A program made the position numbers and the translations under genes. A DNA stretch of 64,000 bases from an uncultured Bacteroidales bacterium (GTDB lineage Bacteria > Bacteroidota > Bacteroidia > Bacteroidales > Bacteroidaceae): the NCBI GenBank assembly GCA_902782245.1, contig CACZMI010000006.1, positions 5,478-69,477 on the forward strand. The letters are read 5' to 3'. The first letter of the stretch is position 1; each line of letters begins with the position of its first letter. Below are positions 9,506 to 19,291 of this stretch, piece after piece. The notes under the pieces are model-generated. The model was not told the DNA's origin. It saw only the letters and a program-made list of their open reading frames with translations, and searched no databases.

Positions 9506-11797
9506 TTTGTACCGCAGATTTCCTGCATGAGATGTGCCGTTTCCAACGCATCTTTTGAGTAGTAGGTTGCACCTATGGCCGATGCTATATCAGGGGTCAT
9601 GACGGCGCCGCCCACGATGATGGGGCAGGTTATGCCGTTGGCGCGCAGATACTCTATGGTCTCCTTCATGGAATCCACGGTGGTGGTCATGAGTGCGCTC
9701 AGTCCCACTGCATTGGGCTTTTCATTTACAGCTGCCTCAAGTACGGTCTCCTTGGGGACATCCTTACCCAAATCTGTCACGCTGAATCCGTGGCTCTGTA
9801 CCACAACCTTAACTATGTTCTTGCCTATGTCATGGACATCGCCCTTGACGGTGGCAATTATCATGTGACCCTTTGAGGGCTCGTCATCACCCTTGGTGCT
9901 GAACTGTTCGGATATGACGGCAAACGCCAGCTTGGCGGCTTCGGCCGAACGTATAAGCTGCGGCATGAACACCTCGTTACGGGCAAACTTTGCGCCTACA
10001 TCACCCAGGGCTGGTATGAGTATTTCGTTGATTACGCGGTCCTTTCCCAACTCGGGGAGTTCCCGCTCAAGACACTCCTTGACGCGGTCCTTAAGACCTT
10101 GTGATACGGCGTTGAACAGATTGTCGGCCACCTGCTCATCCTGAGTCTGGGTGTTGAAGTATATGAATCCGGCGCAACCGGGGTCATTGCCGGTGAGAGC
10201 CATCGATGCACGCACTGTAGCAACCGTATCGTGGTCCAGCGGGTTCATGATGGGCATATCAAGACCTCCCATGAATGCCATAGCCAGGAAGTTGCGGTTT
10301 AGTGTGCCGCGCTCGGGCAGGCCGAATGATACGTTTGAAAGGCCTACGGTTGTAAGCACACCCAGCTTCTTGAGTTCGGTGAGCGTATTAATCGTTATCT
10401 TGGCGTACTGCTGATTGGATGAAATGGCCATTACAAGTCCGTCAAATACCAGCAGACGGCGGTCAATACCCATGCTCTCAGCACGTTTGATGATGCTTTT
10501 GGCTATATCTATACGGGCCTCAGTTGTCTCGGGTACACCACGCTCATCAAGCGGCAGGGTAACCGAAGGAGCCTGATAGCGGGCTATGATGGGCAGCAGG
10601 CGTGACATGGATTCCTCGGCTCCGTTCACCGAATTGATCATGGGCACACCGTTGTACAGACGTATTGCAGCCGATATGGCATCAGGGTTGGATGAGTCAA
10701 GCTGCAGAGGCAGGTCACAGACTTCCTGAACCTTGCGCACTGCCTGGCACAGAAGCGCCTTTTCATCGGAGTTGGGTACGCCGCAGTTAAGGTCCAGGAA
10801 ATCGGCTCCGGCATCCTTCTGGGCCAATGCCTCGTGCTGCAGGTATTCAAAGTTACCCTCGGCCAGTGCGGCCTTTAGCTTTTTCTTGCCTGTGGGGTTG
10901 AGCCGCTCACCGCATATCAGGCCCTTGTCAAGCTTGAGCAGTATGGTTGATGAGCATATATATGTGCCGTCCGGTTTTGATATCTCGGGGGCGGGCTGTC
11001 CCTTATAAATTGAAATAGCCTTGATGGTTGAAGGAGATGATCCGCAGCAGCCGCCTATGATGGAGGCTCCGGCCGCGATGAGGTCTTTGGCGGCTGCGGC
11101 CGTGGCGATGTTGCCCACTACCACGTCCAGGCCCGGGAAGGCCGTCTTGATGGCCTTCAGGGCGTCTCACGCCTGCGGGGTTGGTGGAGCAGTTTACGCC
11201 CAGAGCATCGACACCGAGAGATGACAGGGTCAGTGCCACAATCTCCGGAGTGGAGCCGGTGAGCGTGCGGGCCTGCTCATCGAATGTCATGGTGGCGAAT
11301 ATGGGGTTGCTGCATACATCGCGAATGGCCAGTATGGCGGCACGCAGCTCGTAGAGGTCACTGAATGTCTCAAGCAGGTAACCGTCAACGCGGTCATGGG
11401 TGTATTCGGCTACCTGACGGAAATTGTCATACGCCTGTTCAAATGTAAATGGTCCTACGGGCTCCATGAGCTGGCCCGATGTGGATACATCGAACATCAC
11501 CATGGCTCGGTCGCCTACGGCGGTGCGGGCATTCTGTATGGCGGCATCGGCTATCTCCTGCCATGTATATTCCTGTGACTGCCACTTGGCGGGGTTGAGC
11601 TCAAAGGAGTTACAGGTTATGTATTGCGCTCCGGCCTCCAGATAGTCGCGGTGCATCTGCTGTACGCGGGCCGGATTGGTTATGTTGAGTGCGGCAACGC
11701 CCTGATGCTTGTGCTCGGGGTCACGGGCATCGGCCAATACGGTTCCCTGGGCGCCGTCAAATATCTGTATCTTGTCTATTGTCATTCTGTCTTTCAA
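9502..11797 (-). pseudogene. metH: Cobalamin-dependent methionine synthase, short form (Hcy-binding + pterin-binding + B12-binding, no AdoMet reactivation domain), interrupted by a frameshift near 11164-11170
   Basis: The two track ORFs (11003..11797, 264 aa; 9502..11124, 540 aa) are consecutive parts of one enzyme. The upstream part is the Hcy S-methyltransferase domain up to GVNCSTNPAG, then becomes Arg/Gly/His-rich nonsense. The downstream frame opens right after a TGA and reads DALKAIKTAFPGLDVVVGN...IIGGCCGSSP, followed by the pterin-binding barrel and the B12 domain (GDVHDIGKNIV, GLSALMTTT). Confidence 0.85.
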
Positions 11798-11801
11798 GTG
11801 G

Positions 11802-12686
11802 TTATTTAAAGAATCCCGATGCCACGTAGCCTATGTTGTCCATGAGTTTGCTTATGAAATCGCTCTTGTTCATGGAGTAGATATGGATGCCGTCCACATC
11901 GTTGGCCATAAGGTCCAGGATCTGATAACTGGTAAAGATAAGTCCTATCTCCTCAATGGCTGCCTTGTCATCCTTGTAACGGTCAAACTGGTTGAGCAGC
12001 TTGAGAGGCACCTTACAGCCTGAAACCTGTATCATGCGGTCTATCTGCGCATAACTTGTTACGGGCATTATTCCGGGTATGATGGGCACGGTGATGCCTG
12101 CCTTGCGGGCCTTGAGAAGGAAGTGGTAAAATACCTCGTTGTCAAAGAACAACTGGCTGTCAAAGAACTCCATTCCGGCATCCTGCTTGAGTTTCATGAA
12201 CTCTATGTCGGTGGCCAGGTTGGCTGCCTCGGGATGCTTCTCGGGGTAGCATGCACCTGCTATTCCAAACCGGCCGTCATACTTTTCTTTTATGTACGAT
12301 GCCAGGTCGCTGGCATGCTTGAAATCAGAGAATATGGGGGTAGTGGTATCCTTGGGAATGTCACCGCGCAGAGTAAGTATGTTCTCAACGCCGTAGTTGG
12401 TGAGTTCATTGCAGACGCTGTCAACCTTGTCACGTGTGGATGCCACGCAGGTGAGGTGGGCCAGAGGCTGTGCACCGGTGTTGTCCTTGATGGTCTTGGC
12501 TATCATGGCGGAATTGGACAGGGTATTGCCCAGTGCGCCATATGTTACGCTCATGTAATCAGGATTGTAACTTGCCAGTTTCTTTATGGTTTTGTCAATC
12601 AGGGTAAATGTGTCCTCTTGGCGTTTGGGAGGGAAAATCTCAAACGACAGGGTCTTTTTCTTGGCAAGTATGTCAGATATCTTCAT
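11802..12686 (-). CDS. metF: Methylenetetrahydrofolate reductase
   Basis: 294 aa. SFEIFPPK start, LTC..S and TLRGD motifs typical of MetF. It ends 4 nt upstream of metH. Confidence 0.92.
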   Translation of the reverse strand: MKISDILAKKKTLSFEIFPPKRQEDTFTLIDKTIKKLASYNPDYMSVTYGALGNTLSNSAMIAKTIKDNTGAQPLAHLTCVASTRDKVDSVCNELTNYGVENILTLRGDIPKDTTTPIFSDFKHASDLASYIKEKYDGRFGIAGACYPEKHPEAANLATDIEFMKLKQDAGMEFFDSQLFFDNEVFYHFLLKARKAGITVPIIPGIMPVTSYAQIDRMIQVSGCKVPLKLLNQFDRYKDDKAAIEEIGLIFTSYQILDLMANDVDGIHIYSMNKSDFISKLMDNIGYVASGFFK

Positions 12687-12705
12687 TATGATTATTGGAT
12701 TTGGA

Positions 12706-13635
12706 TTATTTGTTCAAGTATTTCTCGGCCTCCATTGCTGCCTTGCAACCGCTTGCGGCGGCGCAGATGGCCTGACGGTAATTAGGATCGGCTACATCGC
12801 CGGCGGCAAATACGCCTGGTACATTGGTGAGCGGACGTGCACCCTGAGTCTTGATATAGCCGTTTTCATCGGTCTCTATCCAGGGCTTGAACACATCTGA
12901 GTTGGGCTTATGGCCGATGGCCAGGAAGAATCCGTCTATCTCACGCTCGTAGTGCTGCTCGGTGGGCAGGCCCAGGTCCTTGACCAGCTTGATGCCCTGT
13001 ACCTTGCTGTCACCGGTAAGTCCCTCGGTGTTATGGCCGAACAGGACCTCTATCTTGGGGTTCTCAAGTACACGTTTCTGCATTATGTCGCTGGCGCGCA
13101 GGTAGTTCTTGCGGACTATCAGATACACCTTGCTGGCAAGTGTGGCCAGATACGATGCCTCCTCACATGCGGTATCGCCGCCGCCTACAACTGCAACCAC
13201 TTTCTTGCGGAAAAAGAATCCGTCACAGGTGGCGCAGGCGCTAACTCCGCGGCCGGCATATTTCTTCTCATCCTCCAGGCCCAGATACTTGGCTGTGGCT
13301 CCGGTGGATATGATTACAGTATCGGCCTGCAGCTGTGTGCCGTCATCAATTGTTACGGTGTAGGGGGCCGATCCGAAATCCACTGCAGTGACAATGCCCA
13401 TGCGTATGGTGGCACCAAAACGGGCGGCCTGCGCACGCATATCCTCCATCATGTCGTAGCCGCTTACTCCCTGGGGGTAGCCGGGAAAGTTCTCAACTAC
13501 GGTGGTGGTTATCAGCTGACCGCCTGACTGCGGACCCTCGTAGAGCACGGGGTTCAGATTGGCACGTGAAGCATAGATAGCTGCGGTGAATCCGGCAGGT
13601 CCGGATCCGATGATAAGGCATTTTACTCTTTCCAT
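12706..13635 (-). CDS. trxB: Thioredoxin-disulfide reductase
   Basis: 309 aa. GSGPAG FAD motif, redox-active CATCDG, GGGDTA NADPH motif. Confidence 0.96.
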   Translation of the reverse strand: MERVKCLIIGSGPAGFTAAIYASRANLNPVLYEGPQSGGQLITTTVVENFPGYPQGVSGYDMMEDMRAQAARFGATIRMGIVTAVDFGSAPYTVTIDDGTQLQADTVIISTGATAKYLGLEDEKKYAGRGVSACATCDGFFFRKKVVAVVGGGDTACEEASYLATLASKVYLIVRKNYLRASDIMQKRVLENPKIEVLFGHNTEGLTGDSKVQGIKLVKDLGLPTEQHYEREIDGFFLAIGHKPNSDVFKPWIETDENGYIKTQGARPLTNVPGVFAAGDVADPNYRQAICAAASGCKAAMEAEKYLNK

Positions 13636-13648
13636 ATGTCGTTTTGTT

Positions 13649-14278
13649 TTATCTCAAATCAATTATCTCGGCATCCTTGTAATCTCTGACAGGACAGGTG
13701 AATACGGCTTTGTCAAACTTCTGACCGGGTTTGTAGCCGGTTATCTGAACCTTTGCGGATATGTTGCCAAGTTCCTCGGCAAAAACAATGCTGAGATTCT
13801 TTAATGAATATGTAGCAGGGTCAACCTGCACGGTTACGCTGCGTATACCTTCAACACTACGTCCTGCATTTGTGGCAGTAAGTATGAAAGTGTCGGTGCC
13901 GTTTCCGCTTATGCTGAATCCCTGATGCTTGCCCAGCAAGCCTATTATGTCATAGCGGGCTCTCTCCTCCGGGGTAGGACTGGATATGTATATCTCTTCA
14001 ATCCCATCGCCGAAATCCTTGCCGTTCCAGACGGTCTTGCCGTCATACCAGAAGGTGTTTTCATCTTCCTTGGCGTAAAAACAGCCTGCAGACATCTTGA
14101 GTTCAATATCTGTGCGGTCGGTGCCGCTGTCAAACCTTGTCTCAACATCAAGAGTCATGCTGATACCGCCGTCTTTCTGCAGTCTGGATACGGTATTCTG
14201 CAGCAATTTCTCTGCATTGTTCTGGGCGTAAAGCGGCAGGATGCATAGAGTGAATATGAACAGCAGGTATTTACGCAT
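13649..14278 (-). CDS. LolA-like outer-membrane lipoprotein carrier family protein
   Basis: 209 aa with a signal peptide ending LYAQ and a beta-rich sequence. It sits in the ftsK-lolA-trxB position seen in Bacteroidales. The family call rests mainly on synteny and size. Confidence 0.7.
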   Translation of the reverse strand: MRKYLLFIFTLCILPLYAQNNAEKLLQNTVSRLQKDGGISMTLDVETRFDSGTDRTDIELKMSAGCFYAKEDENTFWYDGKTVWNGKDFGDGIEEIYISSPTPEERARYDIIGLLGKHQGFSISGNGTDTFILTATNAGRSVEGIRSVTVQVDPATYSLKNLSIVFAEELGNISAKVQITGYKPGQKFDKAVFTCPVRDYKDAEIIDLR

Positions 14279-14280
14279 TG

Positions 14281-16701
14281 TCAGAGAAGGTTATATGTTT
14301 CAAGTATGCGGTCCAGTTGCGTGTCATCCATAACCAGCACCGGACGCGGTTTGCTTCCGTCGGCCTTGCCGACTATTCCGGTCGCCTCCAACTGGTCCAT
14401 GAGACGTCCTGCACGGTTGTAGCCTATGGCAAACTTGCGCTGTATGAGTGATGTGGATCCGGATTGGCTGGCAACTATAAGACGTGCGGCTTCTGCGAAC
14501 ATGGGATCAAACTTACCCATCTCTACTCCGCCTTCCGTAGGTCCGCTTTCATTCTCATCAACATACTCCGGCAGAGGATATGCCTCGGTGTAACCCTGTT
14601 GACGACTGATGTAACTGCAGATATTGTTAACCTCGGGAGTATCCACGAATGCGCACTGAACACGTACGGGATCACTGCCCGAAAGGAACAGAAGGTCTCC
14701 ACGGCCGATAAGCTGGTTGGCGCCCGGCTTGTCCAGGATGGTGCGGGAGTCTATCATTGAACTTACGCGGAATGCCATACGGGCCGGGAAGTTGGCCTTG
14801 ATGGTACCGGTGATGATATTTGTGGTAGGACGCTGTGTGGCTATAATCATATGCATACCTACGGCGCGGGCCTTCTGGGCTATACGTGCAATAGGCATCT
14901 CTATATCCTTGCCGGCAGTCATGATAAGGTCACCGAACTCATCAATCACCACAACTATATAGGGCAGGTAACGGTGTCCCTTCTCGGGATTGAGCTTGCG
15001 TTCCTTGAACAGGTTGTTGTACTCAATCACTGAACGTACATTGGCGTTCTTGAGCAGTTCGTATCGGTTATCCATCTCTATGCATAGTGACTTGAGGGTG
15101 TGGATGACCTTTGTGGTATCGGTTATGATGGCATCGGCATCATCCACATCGGGCATCTTGGCAAGGAAGTGCTTGATGATGGGCGAGTAGATGCTGAACT
15201 CAACCATCTTGGGATCCACCATGACAAGCTTGAGCTCTGCCGGGTGTTTCTTGTAGAGCAGAGAAGTGATGATGCAGTTAAGACCTACGGATTTACCCTG
15301 ACCGGTGGCACCGGCTACCAGCAGGTGAGGCATCTTGGCAAGGTCAAACATGAACACCTCATTGGTTATGGTGCGGCCCAATGCAACCGGCAGTTCCATC
15401 TTGCTTTCGGCAAACTTCTTGCTGTTAAGTATGGATTCCATGGATACCATGACCGGCTTGGCGTTAGGCACCTCGATACCTATGGTACCCTTGCCGGGGA
15501 TAGGCGCGATGATACGGATACCCAAAGCGGCAAGGCTCAGAGCTATGTCGGCTTCCAGGTTACGGATCTTTGATATGCGTACGCCTGCTGCGGGAGTTAT
15601 CTCATACAACGTAATGGTAGGACCGACCGTGGCATTGATGGTGTCAATCTCAATTCCGAAATCCTGCAACACCTTGATGATGCGGTTCTTATTGGCCTCC
15701 TGCTCCCTCTCGTCAATGGCGGGAGTGTTGTTGTCATAGTGCTTGAGCAGATCCAGGGTGGGGAACTTGTAGTGTGACAGGTCCAGACGGGGATCATACG
15801 GCTCCTGTAACTTGCCCTCGGCTTTTTCGTCCTCCCCGGCAGCTGTTATGGTCATTGTTATCTCATCGGCCGGTGTGTCCGCCTTTGTGCTTGCGGCGGC
15901 AGGCTTGGCCGGCTTGATTAAAGGTTTGGGCTCGGGTTCAGGCTCGGGTGTCTCCTGGATGGGAGCATATGGGTTGTCGTCATCATCATCCTGCTGAACG
16001 GCGATGTCCTCAAAGTCGTCAACGGTGACATCGGGGTCAGTTTTAGGGTCATCGGCCTCTTTCTCGTGTTTGCGGAGACCGCTTTTCATGCGGTCGGCTC
16101 CTTCGCGTATTACCTGTATGGTACGACGTGTCAGGTAGACGCAGTATACGAGCATGGTAAGCAGAAGCGCCAGAATCAGTCCGGGAACGCCGATATAGCC
16201 TTTAAGGGAGTTGGTAAGATTCATTCCGTGACTGCCGCCCGGTGTGATGAATGAACTCTGCATAATGGGGGACAGGACCAACTGAAGAAACACGGAACAC
16301 CAGACCATGAGGAAGACGCAGCTTACAAACCAGCGGAAAAGCCTGAGGTGCGTTATGCGCATCATATTGAGACCGCAGACCGTGAACAGAACGGGTATCA
16401 GTATGGATGAAAAGCCGAACCAGCCGTTCACTATGGACTCGGACATACGGGCTCCCAGTATTCCGGTGCTGTTTTCTATATCCTGGACGCCGTTTGCGAT
16501 GGCACTCTGATCCGTGCCTCCGGTAAAGAGGAATGAGACATATGCTATCACAAAGAAAATGGCAACGATAATCAATACGGCGCCGCTTACGAATTGGAAT
16601 GTTTCGTTGCGGAACGTATCTGATATGCTGCTTAGATTGAACCTTGTCTCAGGCTTCTGTGTCCCTGTGCGGGGTTTTGTATCTTTTCCTCTGAGTCCCA
16701 T
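14281..16701 (-). CDS. ftsK: DNA translocase FtsK/SpoIIIE
   Basis: 806 aa. N-terminal TM segments, Pro/Glu-rich linker, Walker A (AGATGQGKS), Walker B (VVVIDEFGDL) and a C-terminal gamma winged-helix domain. Confidence 0.95.
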   Translation of the reverse strand: MGLRGKDTKPRTGTQKPETRFNLSSISDTFRNETFQFVSGAVLIIVAIFFVIAYVSFLFTGGTDQSAIANGVQDIENSTGILGARMSESIVNGWFGFSSILIPVLFTVCGLNMMRITHLRLFRWFVSCVFLMVWCSVFLQLVLSPIMQSSFITPGGSHGMNLTNSLKGYIGVPGLILALLLTMLVYCVYLTRRTIQVIREGADRMKSGLRKHEKEADDPKTDPDVTVDDFEDIAVQQDDDDDNPYAPIQETPEPEPEPKPLIKPAKPAAASTKADTPADEITMTITAAGEDEKAEGKLQEPYDPRLDLSHYKFPTLDLLKHYDNNTPAIDEREQEANKNRIIKVLQDFGIEIDTINATVGPTITLYEITPAAGVRISKIRNLEADIALSLAALGIRIIAPIPGKGTIGIEVPNAKPVMVSMESILNSKKFAESKMELPVALGRTITNEVFMFDLAKMPHLLVAGATGQGKSVGLNCIITSLLYKKHPAELKLVMVDPKMVEFSIYSPIIKHFLAKMPDVDDADAIITDTTKVIHTLKSLCIEMDNRYELLKNANVRSVIEYNNLFKERKLNPEKGHRYLPYIVVVIDEFGDLIMTAGKDIEMPIARIAQKARAVGMHMIIATQRPTTNIITGTIKANFPARMAFRVSSMIDSRTILDKPGANQLIGRGDLLFLSGSDPVRVQCAFVDTPEVNNICSYISRQQGYTEAYPLPEYVDENESGPTEGGVEMGKFDPMFAEAARLIVASQSGSTSLIQRKFAIGYNRAGRLMDQLEATGIVGKADGSKPRPVLVMDDTQLDRILETYNLL

Positions 16702-16803
16702 ACTTATAATTGCAGATATAGGTTACAAAGTTAGTAATAAAAGACAAAAAAGGGCGCGTTATAGCGGAAAAAGGAGTAATTTCGCAACCGAAAAGGTGAG
16801 TTT

Positions 16804-17340
16804 ATGAAATCATCAGCTGCATTTGACAAAAATACGGTGGAGTTCGTGACGGTGGCAGCCGAGTACTGCGCATATCTGGAGCAGATATTCGACAAGGAAC
16901 CGGAAGTGGTCCTGGATGTACTCTGCAAGCTTCTGCCATTGGTATATCTCAAGGCTGCCATGCTTCCCGGGGAGGAGCCTGAGGGCCTGTATCTGGAGGA
17001 ATGCGTGACAGAAGCCGATTATGAGGAGATTCGTACTCTGCTGGCTCAAAAGCTCGGTGAAAACGATGATTATCTTGAGGTGTTCGTGGAGGATATGAAA
17101 TACAGCGACACCCCGGTGCGTAAGTGCATATCAGAAGATCTGGCCGATATCTATCAGGCTCTGCGCAACTTTGTACAGTCATACCGCAGCGGTCTTGACG
17201 AGGTTATGACAGAGGCTGTCGCAGTATGCGCTGAAGGTTTCCGCACGTATTGGGGACAGACACTGACAAATACTCTGCGTGCCGTACACAGTGTCAGATA
17301 CAGTTCTGACAGGGATATTGACAATTCATTTTATGATTGA
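16804..17340 (+). CDS. DUF5063-like protein
   Basis: 178 aa, acidic and helical. It immediately precedes the 3'-5' exonuclease gene and overlaps it (ATGATTGA). The family name is from memory of this conserved Bacteroidales gene pair. Confidence 0.7.
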   Translation: MKSSAAFDKNTVEFVTVAAEYCAYLEQIFDKEPEVVLDVLCKLLPLVYLKAAMLPGEEPEGLYLEECVTEADYEEIRTLLAQKLGENDDYLEVFVEDMKYSDTPVRKCISEDLADIYQALRNFVQSYRSGLDEVMTEAVAVCAEGFRTYWGQTLTNTLRAVHSVRYSSDRDIDNSFYD

Positions 17341-17974
17341 ACTGCCAAACAAGATAGAAAAGTCATTCTTGGCCGACAAACCAAAGGTGGTGTTTGACGG
17401 CATAATTGAGGAGATAGACACGGAGGAGAAGGCTCAGAAAGCCATTGAGACGCTTTCCAAGGAGAAAGTTGTAGGTTTTGACACCGAGACCAGGCCTTCA
17501 TTCGTAAGAGGAGTGGCACACAAGATAGCCCTGCTTCAGCTCTCGACCGATAAGTACGGCTACCTGTTCCGTCTGAACAAGATAGGCATACCGGACTGTG
17601 TGGCAGATTTTCTGTCTAACCCCGATATTATAAAGGTGGGCATATCCATCAAGGACGATTACCATCAGATGGCAAGCCGCCGCAAGTTGACTCCCGCCGG
17701 TTTCGTGGAACTCCAGGAATTCTGCGGTGAAATGGGTATTGAGGAGAAGGGCCTGCAGAAACTCTACGGACTGCTGTTCAAGGAAAGAATATCCAAGAAC
17801 CAGCAGTTGAGCAACTGGGAGATAGACAGCCTGACCGAGAGTCAGCGCCAGTATGCAGCCATCGACGCATGGGCATGTCTAAGGATTTATCACTATATCT
17901 CGGAACTCAAGCGTACCGGTGATTACAGAATAATTAGGAAAGATGCAGAAGAGTGTAATACTGAAGAGAGGTAA
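17333..17974 (+). CDS. 3'-5' exonuclease domain protein (RNase D/WRN-exo type, DEDDy)
   Basis: GFDTETRPSF (ExoI), an ExoII-like region and YAAIDAWACLRIY (ExoIII). I chose the start at MIELPNK (17333) because it overlaps the upstream stop. Confidence 0.85.
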   Translation: MIELPNKIEKSFLADKPKVVFDGIIEEIDTEEKAQKAIETLSKEKVVGFDTETRPSFVRGVAHKIALLQLSTDKYGYLFRLNKIGIPDCVADFLSNPDIIKVGISIKDDYHQMASRRKLTPAGFVELQEFCGEMGIEEKGLQKLYGLLFKERISKNQQLSNWEIDSLTESQRQYAAIDAWACLRIYHYISELKRTGDYRIIRKDAEECNTEER

Positions 17975-19124
17975 GGAGGAATCGCTCCTGCGCTTCCACC
18001 CATGGGTGTTCTCGGGTGCCATAGCCGATATCAAGGGCGCTCCCGATGAAGGCGACGTGGTGGATGTGTATACCAATGACGGCAGGTGGATTGCCGTAGG
18101 TCATATCCAGGTGGGCAGTATTGCCGTACGCGTGCTTTCCTTTAAACAGGAGAAAATAGACGCTGACTTCTGGTTCAGACGTCTGAAGGTGGCTTTCGAT
18201 ATGCGTAGCTCGCTGGGCCTCACAGACCGCGAGGATCACAACATATACCGTCTGGTACACGGAGAGGGCGATAATCTGCCCGGTCTGGTGATAGACATTT
18301 ATGGCCATACGGCCGTACTGCAGGCCCATTCGGTAGGCATGCACTGCAACCGCATGGATATTGCCGAGGCGCTGATGCGTGTAATGGGCGACCGCATCAG
18401 AGGAATCTACTACAAGTCGGAGACCACACTTCCTTTCAAAGCCGATATAGACCGCGGAAACGGATATATCATGGGCGGCCCCACAGATGACACTCCTCTG
18501 GAATACGGCATGAAGATGCCTGTGGACTGGATCAGCGGCCAGAAAACCGGTCTGTTCATTGACCAGCGTGAAAACCGTGCCCTGCTGGAGAGGTACTCAA
18601 AGGGACGTTCTGTACTGAATATGTTCTGCTATACGGGCGGATTCTCATTGGCCGCACTCAGGGGCGGTGCCAAACTGGTGCACTCGGTTGACAGTTCGGC
18701 CCGTGCAATTGAACTTACTGCCGGCGGAGTGGAGGATAATTTCCCGGGTGATACCCGTCATGCGGCTTTTGCCGAGGATGCTTTCAAGTATCTGGAACGT
18801 ATGGATCCCATATATGACCTCATTATATTGGATCCCCCTGCATTTGCCAAGCATAAGGATGCTCTCAAGCATGCGTTGATAGGTTATCGTCGTCTTAACC
18901 AGAAAGCAATGGAGAAGATTCAGCCGGGAGGAATCCTGTTTACATTCTCATGCTCGCAGGTGGTAAGCAAGGACCAGTTCCGTACGGCGGTGTTCACTGC
19001 CGCAGCACAGGCGGGACGCAGTGTGAAGATTCTTTATCAGCTCCATCAGCCTGCGGATCATCCCATTAACATATTCCACCCCGAAGGAGAATACCTGAAG
19101 GGACTTGTTCTTTCGGTGGAATAA
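17943..19124 (+). CDS. rlmI: Class I SAM-dependent 23S rRNA m5C methyltransferase (RlmI-like)
   Basis: 393 aa. N-terminal PUA-like LLRFHPWVFSGAI, SAM motif LNMFCYTGGFSLAA and ILDPPAFAK. Confidence 0.88.
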   Translation: MQKSVILKRGKEESLLRFHPWVFSGAIADIKGAPDEGDVVDVYTNDGRWIAVGHIQVGSIAVRVLSFKQEKIDADFWFRRLKVAFDMRSSLGLTDREDHNIYRLVHGEGDNLPGLVIDIYGHTAVLQAHSVGMHCNRMDIAEALMRVMGDRIRGIYYKSETTLPFKADIDRGNGYIMGGPTDDTPLEYGMKMPVDWISGQKTGLFIDQRENRALLERYSKGRSVLNMFCYTGGFSLAALRGGAKLVHSVDSSARAIELTAGGVEDNFPGDTRHAAFAEDAFKYLERMDPIYDLIILDPPAFAKHKDALKHALIGYRRLNQKAMEKIQPGGILFTFSCSQVVSKDQFRTAVFTAAAQAGRSVKILYQLHQPADHPINIFHPEGEYLKGLVLSVE

Positions 19125-19228
19125 TGTGAAATATTGTTAAATGTAGAGATTTTTATTCTGAATAAGAGTTGTATATAAATTAAAGGCATATCTTTGCTAC
19201 GTGTTTTTCATGGTATTAGATTTAATTT

Positions 19229-19291
19229 GAAACCGAGTTGTCGTGATGACAACTCGGTTTCTGCTTTTGGCGGATTATCCGCCAAAAGCAG
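19229..19291 (+). other. Two abutting perfect hairpins (14-bp and 13-bp stems) in the rlmI/nuclease intergenic region
   Basis: GAAACCGAGTTGTC-GTGAT-GACAACTCGGTTTC (19229-19261) and CTGCTTTTGGCGG-ATTAT-CCGCCAAAAGCAG (19261-19291). No T-run follows. GAAAC(C)GAGTT recurs at 19291-19300. Confidence 0.6.

Noticed and set aside
11003-11124. The 122-nt overlap of the two metH ORFs, read as genuinely overlapping genes or a naturally split two-subunit enzyme.
   Set aside because: The last 55 residues or so of the upstream ORF are Arg/Gly/His-rich out-of-frame sequence. The downstream frame is open back to a TGA directly at the junction and continues the domain seamlessly. The zinc ligands are divided between the pieces. 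A single-nucleotide frameshift is the parsimonious reading.
12687-12705. Search for a SAM or cobalamin riboswitch upstream of metF-metH.
   Set aside because: Only 19 nt separate trxB and metF, and 4 nt separate metF and metH. There is no room for a riboswitch aptamer, so the genes appear to be co-transcribed with trxB.
12123-12785. Long plus-strand ORF (220 aa) across the metF region. Similar antisense ORFs lie at 12910..13527, 3181..3747, 37158..37721 and 43635..44282.
   Set aside because: Each is fully antisense to a gene with unambiguous family motifs (metF, trxB, miaA, the TPR gene, rarA). Their translations are low-complexity or Cys/Gly/Val-rich with no motifs. Long antisense ORFs are expected at about 50% GC.
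15890-15965. Pro/Glu/Lys-rich low-complexity repeat (PEPEPEPKPLIKPAKPAAAS) inside ftsK.
   Set aside because: This is the typical disordered linker between the FtsK membrane and motor domains. It is not an independent repeat element.
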